From assembly GCA_016179745.1 (NCBI GenBank), contig JACPCP010000010.1:3832-67831 (forward strand): 64,000 nt of DNA, given 5' to 3'. The notes below the pieces were generated by a model. It saw only the letters and a program-made list of their open reading frames with translations, searched no databases and was not told the origin of the DNA. Shown here in pieces: positions 57,222 to 64,000 of the stretch (the first letter of the stretch is position 1; the number at the start of each line of letters is the position of its first letter). The translations under genes and the position numbers were made by a program. Source of the DNA: Candidatus Omnitrophota bacterium (lineage in GTDB: Bacteria; Omnitrophota; Omnitrophia; Omnitrophales; JACQLI01).

Positions 57222-58073
57222 TTATCTTTTAGCTTTCTTTTTCCAAAAGTGATCGAAACTGATCGAAAGGCCGGCAATAACGGCCTGTTCGGGCTTCTCA
57301 TTATTCGTAAGGCCGGCCCTCCAAGCCAGATCCAATAAGACGTTCGGGCTCACCTGAAAGGTCAAACCCACGAGCGGATTCAAACGGTGGTGGTTTGAGG
57401 CGTCCGCATCAAAATGCCCTCCCTTTTCTCCGTAGAGTTCTCCCGCAACCTTCCACCGGTCCGAGAGTTTGTATTCAGAGGCAACTCCATAGATCAAGTA
57501 GTCCCTTAAGGCCTCGTCTTTGTCATCTCCTACAAAGGCATACCCGGCATTACCGTGCACGGTGAGGTTTTTAATCATCTTCGATACGACCCCCACAAGT
57601 TGGACGTCTTCATCGCCGCTTCCGAGGCCCTTGGCTTCGTTCCCGTTTGCAAATTTTACCACGATCTTCAGAAGCGCAGCCGGTATAAACTCCTTCTCCG
57701 GAAAAATCTGGGTCTTTGTAATTAAACTGATATCCGACCAGCCTTCCACATTCTTCCCCTCTTCAGGCCGGAGGAAGCTTGCGGGAAAATCGGCCGAAAC
57801 CTCGAGCCGATCCGTAAGGCCCAGGATGGGGGTCGTCGTTAACGAGAATTCCTCATCTTGATTCTTGTCCGCATACTGGATTCCTTCTTCCAGCTGGAAT
57901 ACCCAGCGGCCGGCGACTCCGGCATCCTCGGTTGCGAAAGGCCGGCCGGCATACCCCGAAGGCATCTCAAGGCCTCCTTCCCCGAAAAGGAGAAAGAGCC
58001 CGGCCGCCCCCCAGCCCAGCCACCCGAGGGACCTCACCCCGCTCCAAGGCCTCAGTTTGATATTGAGAATCAT
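57222..58073 (-). CDS. Putative outer-membrane beta-barrel protein (transporter/MetA-pathway-like family)
   Basis: N-terminal signal-like hydrophobic segment. Alternating amphipathic strands rich in G/Y/D. Lies between the large barrel gene and feoB in the same strand string. Confidence 0.4.
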   Translation of the reverse strand: MILNIKLRPWSGVRSLGWLGWGAAGLFLLFGEGGLEMPSGYAGRPFATEDAGVAGRWVFQLEEGIQYADKNQDEEFSLTTTPILGLTDRLEVSADFPASFLRPEEGKNVEGWSDISLITKTQIFPEKEFIPAALLKIVVKFANGNEAKGLGSGDEDVQLVGVVSKMIKNLTVHGNAGYAFVGDDKDEALRDYLIYGVASEYKLSDRWKVAGELYGEKGGHFDADASNHHRLNPLVGLTFQVSPNVLLDLAWRAGLTNNEKPEQAVIAGLSISFDHFWKKKAKR

Positions 58074-58158
58074 TCTCAGAATGATGACTCAAGAGAGTCC
58101 CCTTGTCTAGTCGTTTCTTCGAATCAATCGAATCGGGAGAGGTGATTGATCTTCCGGC

Positions 58159-60249
58159 TTACCAGCCGAGGGTAAATTCTAACGAGAACAGGTGGGCGAG
58201 GTAATCCCCTACTTCCGCATCGGCATTCGCCTTGTAAAGGGAGTATCCATACTCGGGCGAGAGGGTCAGGCGCTCATTCACCGCCCATTGGAGGCCCAAG
58301 GTCAAGTCGACCCGGTCAAAGTCGGCCCCCATCGGGATTCCCCGATCCGAAAAATCGTCGAAGTTCCGGGCGTGGGTGAGAAGAAAGGAAGTGGTCGTCG
58401 TCAGGTTGGGCCGGGGAAAATAATTGACCGAAAAAAGCCAGGTGTTGGAGTCCGCCGTAAAACGAGGAATGGCAGTCGTGGCGTTGGAAGCGGCGGCCGG
58501 GGAAACAACCGAGAGGAGCTGCCGGGAGAAAGCGGTCGTCAAAAGAAAATCAGCAGAGGGCTGGTAGGAGAGATCCAGGGTCACTGTTTGTGAATTGGCA
58601 TCCGAATCGACAGCAACCTCATTCTCTGCCCGGGATCGGTCGTCCTCAAGGCGAAGCTGGTAGCGAAAAGAGGGGCGAACCCGGATCCAGGACGTGAGGG
58701 TGGTCCGGAAGGCATATTCCGTAATGTCGACATCCAGCTCATCGTAGAAAGCAGACCGGGCCGTGCTCCCTGTGGGATCGGTTTCACGGGTATCGTCATA
58801 ATCATTGTTACTCCAACGCTGCCTCACGTGGGTCGTCAAATCCAAGTGATCCGTGGGAAGGATCCGGGCGCCCAGGGTCCAGACTCCCCGGCCGATATGA
58901 GTGATGGTTTCACGGCTGAAAGTGTCATTGGCGCTCGCAGCGGATTGGCCCGCAAGGCTTAGCCGGTCCTCACTCAGCCAGTTTCTGGCCTGCTCAAATT
59001 CGAGCTCTCCATAAAGGGCGGTGCGGGAGATTGAGGTATTTCGGAAGGAAATACTTTCTCCGAAGCGGTAGATATTGCTGTCAGTAACGCTTCGTGCGGT
59101 GGTATTGATGATGCCGTCCGGGGCGCCCGCCGTGGTGTCATCGGGGTAAAGGGAGTTTCCGTGGCCGATGATCCTTTCGGTCTTCAGTCTCCCCACCAGA
59201 TTGGTGGATGGCCAAAGATTCCAGAGGTAACTGGCCACCCAGGTGTGGGAGTCGTAGTCATTGTCCGCACGAGCATTCCGGATCTGCTTCGGATTAGCGA
59301 AATTGGTCACCACCCGGTTCTCATTCATCTCAAAGATATTTTCCATTTCTTGATTGTTGAGATGGACATAGCGGTAGGCGACGCCGCCGAATTTCTTTTC
59401 ATCCTTGGACCAGCGTTCCGCCTCAAGCGTGGTGGACATAAACCGGGCCTGAGGTTCCTGGATCTGGTTTCGGATCTTCCGGTCAGCGGCGGCGGCCGTC
59501 GTGGAACGCCACCTTTCCTCCCGCATCAGTTCTGATTTCGAAATTTCCCACTTTTGTTCTCCCTTGACATCGAAACCCTGAATCTTTTGTTCCATGCGGA
59601 GGCCAAAAATATCCACCACCTCCTCAATCTCCTGAAAGGCCGGGGCAATGTAACGGATAATGCTGCCTTCGGTGACCCCGGCCCAGGTGAGACGGGACTT
59701 GATACCGTCCTTAAACTCTCTTTCATAAAAGAAAACCGTGTCCGGGAGCTTTCCCAGATCGAGCCCCACCTCCAGGGCCAAATGCCCGATCTCAAGCTCA
59801 AGCTCCCGGTCCACATTGGCCGATTTGAAGGTGGTGAATCGCCGGTAAGCGCCCCCCGTGTTGTCATAAAAACGGCTAAATTCCTTGTAGTCGAGATGGA
59901 GAAAGCCAAAATCTTCCTTTTCGATCTCCAGCTCCCCCTTGAGATCGTTCTCGTCAATGAAGGCGTGGCCTTCGGAAACCATGGAAATTTTCTCTTCGGG
60001 ATTGGCGGAGTAAAGTGAGAACTCTTTGATGCCCCCTACATAGTTGTCCTTGATCCAATGGTGGGCTTCGAATTTTCTCTCGTCTCCGCTCACGGAAGTG
60101 AATCGAAGAGGCGCGGGGGTGATCGAGACTTCACTTTCGGCCGCCAGGGCCTGAGAAGCCATAAGCAATGCGAGAAAGGAGGAAAATATAAAGAAAATCA
60201 CGGTGCTTCCTGCGGGCCGTATCGTGTTTTTCTTCCCGGAATTAATCAT
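58159..60249 (-). CDS. Large outer-membrane beta-barrel protein (MtrB/PioB-like by size and context)
   Basis: Signal peptide (internal Met MINSGKK...ALLMASQALA). About 697 aa, rich in alternating aromatic/polar strands. C-terminal ...FSLEFTLGW ends in an aromatic residue. No TonB plug motifs. Start overlaps the octaheme cytochrome stop. Confidence 0.45.
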   Translation of the reverse strand: MINSGKKNTIRPAGSTVIFFIFSSFLALLMASQALAAESEVSITPAPLRFTSVSGDERKFEAHHWIKDNYVGGIKEFSLYSANPEEKISMVSEGHAFIDENDLKGELEIEKEDFGFLHLDYKEFSRFYDNTGGAYRRFTTFKSANVDRELELEIGHLALEVGLDLGKLPDTVFFYEREFKDGIKSRLTWAGVTEGSIIRYIAPAFQEIEEVVDIFGLRMEQKIQGFDVKGEQKWEISKSELMREERWRSTTAAAADRKIRNQIQEPQARFMSTTLEAERWSKDEKKFGGVAYRYVHLNNQEMENIFEMNENRVVTNFANPKQIRNARADNDYDSHTWVASYLWNLWPSTNLVGRLKTERIIGHGNSLYPDDTTAGAPDGIINTTARSVTDSNIYRFGESISFRNTSISRTALYGELEFEQARNWLSEDRLSLAGQSAASANDTFSRETITHIGRGVWTLGARILPTDHLDLTTHVRQRWSNNDYDDTRETDPTGSTARSAFYDELDVDITEYAFRTTLTSWIRVRPSFRYQLRLEDDRSRAENEVAVDSDANSQTVTLDLSYQPSADFLLTTAFSRQLLSVVSPAAASNATTAIPRFTADSNTWLFSVNYFPRPNLTTTTSFLLTHARNFDDFSDRGIPMGADFDRVDLTLGLQWAVNERLTLSPEYGYSLYKANADAEVGDYLAHLFSLEFTLGW

Positions 60250-60251
60250 TT

Positions 60252-61091
60252 TTAATAGCGCAGATGTTCGTCGAAATTGGAACCGTGCATCCCCGTGTGG
60301 CACCCGGCGCTAAAGCAAGTTCCCTGCGGCAGTCGGGCGGCGTGGCTTGATTTTCCGATCGTCGGAAAATTCACTTGGGTATGGCAGCGAAGGCAGAGCG
60401 TGCTGTCCCGGGCCATCAGGAGGCTCGGATGGATGGAGCCATGGACCTTGTGGCAGGTCGTGCATCCTTCCCGGACCGCCTCATGTTCAAAGACAAAAGG
60501 GCCCCGCTGTTCTTTGTGGCACTTGAAGCAAGCTTCATTCATATCGTTCAGGGTGGTTGCCGACCAGGGACGGACCTCGGCACCGTGAGCGCTGTGACAA
60601 TCCGTGCAACTGACCTTCCCCTCCAGAACAGGATGGTGGTAAGGGAGACGAAACTCGATTTTCTTATCCAAGTGGCAGTTAAAGCAGGCGCTGGGATCCC
60701 GTTTCGGATTGATAATCGTCTGGCGTTTCCCTTTTTTGTCTGTGTCGCTCGCCTCGACGTGCAGGCTGCCCGGCCCGTGACACATTTCGCAGCCTTGGGC
60801 CTTAACTTTTTCACCCGGGACGGAAATCCGGGAATGGGTGGAGAGACGGAATTCCTTCGCCTCTTTCTCGTGGCAGAGGACACAAGTGTCCGTCCCGACA
60901 TATTCAGCGGTAACAGATTCCTTTGCCTTGATCGCCTTCGGCGCTTCGGAAGGAGGACCTCTTTCACCTTCGGATTCCGGCCAAACGGGGCTTGGGAATA
61001 GGGCCAGGAAAAGCGTCAATGAAAGAATTGAGCAAAACGGCAAGATCCAACGGCGGGACGGGAGCAGCGGAAAAGACTTTTTGGGGATCAT
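60252..61091 (-). CDS. Periplasmic multihaem (octahaem) cytochrome c
   Basis: Signal peptide after internal Met MIPKKSF. Seven CxxCH motifs (CVLCH, CEMCH, CFNCH, CTDCH, CFKCH, CTTCH, CLRCH) plus one CX4CH (CFSAGCH), in about 280 aa. Confidence 0.75.
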   Translation of the reverse strand: MIPKKSFPLLPSRRWILPFCSILSLTLFLALFPSPVWPESEGERGPPSEAPKAIKAKESVTAEYVGTDTCVLCHEKEAKEFRLSTHSRISVPGEKVKAQGCEMCHGPGSLHVEASDTDKKGKRQTIINPKRDPSACFNCHLDKKIEFRLPYHHPVLEGKVSCTDCHSAHGAEVRPWSATTLNDMNEACFKCHKEQRGPFVFEHEAVREGCTTCHKVHGSIHPSLLMARDSTLCLRCHTQVNFPTIGKSSHAARLPQGTCFSAGCHTGMHGSNFDEHLRY

Positions 61092-61258
61092 CTCGGCTAT
61101 TTTTGTTTGCTTAATATTACGGCCGGTTGCCGTTTTGCCTCTAGTGACCCGTGTCACAGATCTGACGGCCTGGTGCATTATGCCATTGGGCTAAATGCTT
61201 CGGATGAGATTATCGCAAAGGATAGTAGATTTAATAAATTGATTTTTCTTCTCTAACC

Positions 61259-61275
61259 AATCAGTTTGACTGATT
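61259..61275. promoter_or_regulatory. Palindromic candidate operator in AT-rich intergenic region upstream of the octahaem cytochrome gene
   Basis: AATCAGT-ttg-ACTGATT, a perfect 7-bp inverted repeat. It lies inside an unusually AT-rich 225-bp spacer (61092-61315) that also contains a GATAAT hexamer. Confidence 0.3.
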
Positions 61276-61315
61276 TATCTCGGGTATGAAGAACGTCTTT
61301 CAATCTCGCCACGGC

Positions 61316-62780
61316 CTAATCCGACCCGCCGGTGTGGCAATCGGTGCAGGCCATTTCCTTCCAGGTCTCGCCGATGTCTTCCGGATGTTTAAATTCAAGC
61401 CCCTCCGAAGCCCGCTCCGGCTGGGCGGCCGGCCCCTGTTCAATGATGCTGTGGCAGACGGCGCACTCGTTCCGGATCACCTTCCCCTCCTCTGTCTGAT
61501 GTAACCCATCGTGGCAGCGGAAGCAGCCCGGAAAGATAAAGTGGCCGATGTTGTTCGGGTATTCCTTCCACGAGACTTTCATATTGGGAAAAAAGTTGGT
61601 CCGGTAAATTTCCTGGACCGCCTTGACGGTCCGTTCGATCCTTTTTTCCTTCTGGGCCCAGATTTCGGGATACTTCGTTTGGTAAAAATTTTCCAGGTGA
61701 CTCCGGACCCCGGCCAGGGCCGCCTCCGGGGACGGGTAATCGCCCAAAAGCGCCTTCACCGCCTCCCGTTTGACGTAGGGAAGCGAACGGTCGATGACGC
61801 CGTAACTCATCGCTTCATTGACCGCCTTGGAAGGAGACTTGAAGATATGGCTCGGGCGGTTGTGGCAGTCCATGCAATCCATCCGGCGCAATTCGCCCTT
61901 CGGCAGATTCGTGGCTGAAAGACCCGATCCTTTCTCGACAAAAACCTCCTCTCGGCCATCCGGTCCGATCTTCTTGACCCAGGGGATGACCTGCCGCTTT
62001 TCGTCGGTGGCCACGTAATAAACCTGGTTATTGATGTTCATGTGCCAATGGATCCCCTCTTTCCTGCCGTAAGGAGGGATGCCGCCCCCGACAAACATCA
62101 GCATCCGGGTTTTCCATTCCGTATTGGTCTCGTCGGGTAAAAAGTATTCCCGGTCCTGCTCCACAGCGCCGAAAAATTGACGGGGCCAGTGACACTTCTC
62201 GCAGGTCTCCTGCGCCGGGCGAAGGTTTTTAATGGGGGTCTTGATCGGCTTCGAATATTTTTTTGTCAAGACAGAATAAATTTGATAGGACGGGTCCGAT
62301 GTGACATTCGGCGCAGGCCACCCGGGCATGGGGAGAATTGTGATACGCCACATATTCCGGCTGCATGACTTGATGGCAAAGACGGCCGCAAAAGGCCGTC
62401 GATTCCGTAAACTCGTAGGCCCGGTAGGTCCCAACCATCGTAAAGAGCAAAAAGAGGGTGCAAACCCCAATGGTGGTGAAAGCCCACTTTTGATGGATGG
62501 GATTGTTGAAATCGATTTGCGGAAACCGCCGGACGTAACCCCGCTTAAAGCGCCTCTTCCTCTCCCTCCAGGCACCGAGAGGAATGATGATGAGGCTCGT
62601 GACCAGAAACCCCGGCAAAATGAGGTAGGTGATGGCCCCCAAATAGGGGTTGGTCTCTTTGGCCCAGAAATCCAGGACAAAGAGGAAGAGGAGGACGGCA
62701 AACAGGAAAACCGAAAGAATGCCGCCGATGACACTGATCCAGTTTTGGAAATAGTTTTCCTGCTTCGGGAAAGAGTCCAT
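61316..62780 (-). CDS. Inner-membrane heptahaem cytochrome c with NapC/NirT-like N-terminus (ImcH-like), interrupted by an apparent frameshift at an A7 run
   Basis: Frame A (62229-62780) encodes 3 TM helices plus CGRLCH and CAECH, then stops 10 codons after an A7 run (62258-62264). Frame B continues from the same run with KKYSKPIK...CEKCH, CMDCH, CFRCH, CAVCH, CTDCH down to 61316. The joined product is about 487 aa with 7 haems. Confidence 0.5.
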
Positions 62781-62810
62781 CCGTCACCTTTTCTATAAAC
62801 TATCGGCATC

Positions 62811-62890
62811 CCCTAAAGAAAAGGGGACAGGCACCTTTAAGGGGACACCCATTTTTGCCTGTCCCCCTAAAGGTGCCTGTCCCCTGAACT
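62811..62890 (-). terminator. Compound palindromic terminator downstream of the tetrahaem cytochrome gene
   Basis: Minus strand: GGGGACAGGCACCTTTAGGGGGACAGGCAAAAATGGGTGTCCCCTTAAAGGTGCCTGTCCCC followed by TTTTCTTT. Preceded by three CTGAACT direct repeats at 62883-62910. Confidence 0.5.
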
Positions 62891-62909
62891 GACTGAACTG
62901 GCCTGAACT

Positions 62910-63359
62910 TTATCCCTGCGGAACCGGGTGTTTGATCTTTTCCCAGTATTCTGCGTAATTAAAACTTTTGAAGGTCGGCGCTTCCGGATTGTGACACTTC
63001 TGGCAGGTCTTTTCATCCGGCACAACCAGCCCCGCCTCAACGGCGGCCGCCTCATCTTCCATCACGCTTTTCTTCATATAATCCTTCCCCGGGCCGTGGC
63101 AGGATTCGCAGGAAACGCCTTCTTCAACAGGAATCGCTGCCGTGACGACCGCCTCGGTAAACCCATAAGCGGTGGAATGACACTTCAGGCACTTCCCGTC
63201 CGTCTGGGGATTCTCAACGCCCTTTTGAGCACCCTGCGCTTTCGCCTCCGGGGTTCCCAGGGTTTCAAAGGCCTTGGCGTGCCCGGATTCCTGCCAGATA
63301 CGGACCTGTTCCCCCTGTTCCGGTTTTTTATGGCAGATGGCGCACTTGGTGGAGCCCAC
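62910..63359 (-). CDS. Tetrahaem cytochrome c domain protein (no signal peptide of its own)
   Basis: Four CxxCH motifs (CAICH, CLKCH, CESCH, CQKCH) in 149 aa. GTG start. Begins 10 nt after the cyt b stop in a different frame. No hydrophobic N-terminus. Confidence 0.65.
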   Translation of the reverse strand: MGSTKCAICHKKPEQGEQVRIWQESGHAKAFETLGTPEAKAQGAQKGVENPQTDGKCLKCHSTAYGFTEAVVTAAIPVEEGVSCESCHGPGKDYMKKSVMEDEAAAVEAGLVVPDEKTCQKCHNPEAPTFKSFNYAEYWEKIKHPVPQG

Positions 63360-63369
63360 AAACTCATGT

Positions 63370-64000
63370 TCAAACTGGGCACGTTTTCTTTGATTCCGAC
63401 AAATAACCCATCATCCCAAGCACCAGGAGTGAAAGCACCACAAGAATCCCGATCGTCATCGCTACCGGCCGCTTGAGCGGATGACGCTCCTTGGAACGGT
63501 CGATAAAAGGCCAGATAAATAGAAAAAGGGGCGCCAGCGAGACAATAAAAATGCCCACGAGCTTCGGGAAATATTTGATCACCTGATACATGGGCAGAAA
63601 ATACCACTCGGGCTTGATGGCAAAGGGGGTCTGGAGCGGGTCGGCCTTTTCGCCCAACTCAAAAGGGGCCAGAATGGCCAGGGTGACCAGAAGACCCAGC
63701 AGGAGATAAAATACCATCCCTTCCTTCGTGACATGATGGGGAAAAAAGGGGATGCCTTCTCCGGGCTTGGGCTTTTTCTCCTGGCCGACCGGCTCCAGGG
63801 TGGCAATCCCCTGAAACCGGACAAGGACCAGATGAAACAGGACAATAAAGAAAACAGCCCACGGAAGGACGATGACGTGCACCACAAAAAACCGGGAGAG
63901 CGTCTCTCCGCTCACACTCTCTCCTCCCCTCAAAAGGGTCTTGATCCACTCACCGGCCCCGGGAATGGCGCCGGCCACCTCGGTCCCCACGGTCGTGGCC
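63370..64000 (-). CDS. Cytochrome b of a bc-type complex (C-terminal part incl. PEWY loop, b6/subunit-IV-like 7-helix type), N-terminus outside window
   Basis: IKPEWYFLPMYQ is the PEWY motif, followed by two more TM helices. The upstream part matches helix D/E of cyt b. The open frame continues past the window end. Confidence 0.7.
   Translation of the reverse strand, partial: ATTVGTEVAGAIPGAGEWIKTLLRGGESVSGETLSRFFVVHVIVLPWAVFFIVLFHLVLVRFQGIATLEPVGQEKKPKPGEGIPFFPHHVTKEGMVFYLLLGLLVTLAILAPFELGEKADPLQTPFAIKPEWYFLPMYQVIKYFPKLVGIFIVSLAPLFLFIWPFIDRSKERHPLKRPVAMTIGILVVLSLLVLGMMGYLSESKKTCPV

Noticed and set aside
58159-60249. TonB-dependent receptor assignment for the large barrel
   Set aside because: The size and the aromatic C-terminus fit. 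However, no TonB box or plug-domain motifs are visible in the N-terminal 150 aa.
62353-62809. N-terminal ~150 aa of the long 61316-62809 ORF as real coding sequence
   Set aside because: This part overlaps the clearly genuine NapC/NirT-like frame (TM helices, CxxCH motifs) and reads as Ser/Pro/Gly-rich nonsense. Only the portion downstream of the A7 run is taken as real.
62811-62890. Possible CRISPR-like or mobile-element repeat
   Set aside because: The repeats are inverted, not direct with spacers. On the minus strand they form a single compound hairpin followed by a U-tract, so this was interpreted as a terminator.

Overview
This 64 kb window comes from a GC-rich (roughly 58-60% by eye) bacterial chromosome with dense gene packing, and most operons run on the minus strand. 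No rRNA, tRNA or CRISPR array was recognised.

Well-supported core genes:
- glutamate synthase gltB-gltD, with an upstream CBS-domain gene and a downstream flavin-reductase-like gene
- ispH, glutaredoxin, 7Fe-type ferredoxin
- era, plsC, htpX, moeZ-like E1/rhodanese, elbB
- gluconeogenic genes: archaeal-type phosphoglycerate mutase apgM, GTP-PEPCK pckG, and a LacD-family class I aldolase
- thioredoxin and a DUF255 thioredoxin-domain protein
- nirK, a cupredoxin and nnrS
- feoB-feoA

Molybdenum cofactor and molybdoenzyme region:
- A near-complete Moco/bis-MGD biosynthesis cluster: moaA-MOSC-moeA-moaC-moaB-tauE-mobB-mobA.
- It lies directly downstream of an operon for a Tat-exported Cys-ligand DMSO-reductase-family enzyme (A and B subunits, TorD-like chaperone, OprO/P-like anion porin).
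- A terminator-containing structured leader in front of moaA is a candidate Moco riboswitch.

Accessory content:
- BrnT/BrnA next to a CPXCG zinc-ribbon gene and a secreted DUF1016_N-SNase fusion nuclease
- a HEPN/MNT pair flanked by a duplicated aldo-keto-reductase 5' fragment
- a DUF5678-like small protein plus retropepsin-like aspartic protease pair
- a P-loop-kinase/dCMP-deaminase fusion

The most interesting region is the right end (about 53.5-64 kb), a minus-strand gene string consistent with an extracellular/periplasmic electron-transfer conduit coupled to ferrous-iron uptake:
- a cytochrome b (b6/subunit-IV-type) and a tetraheme cyt c
- an ImcH-like inner-membrane heptaheme cytochrome with 3 TM helices
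- an octaheme periplasmic cytochrome
- a 697-aa outer-membrane beta-barrel and a 283-aa outer-membrane protein
- feoB-feoA and a radical SAM/SPASM protein

Two frameshift-type anomalies sit in this cluster. One is at an A7 homopolymer inside the ImcH-like gene. The other is at the cyt b / tetraheme junction.
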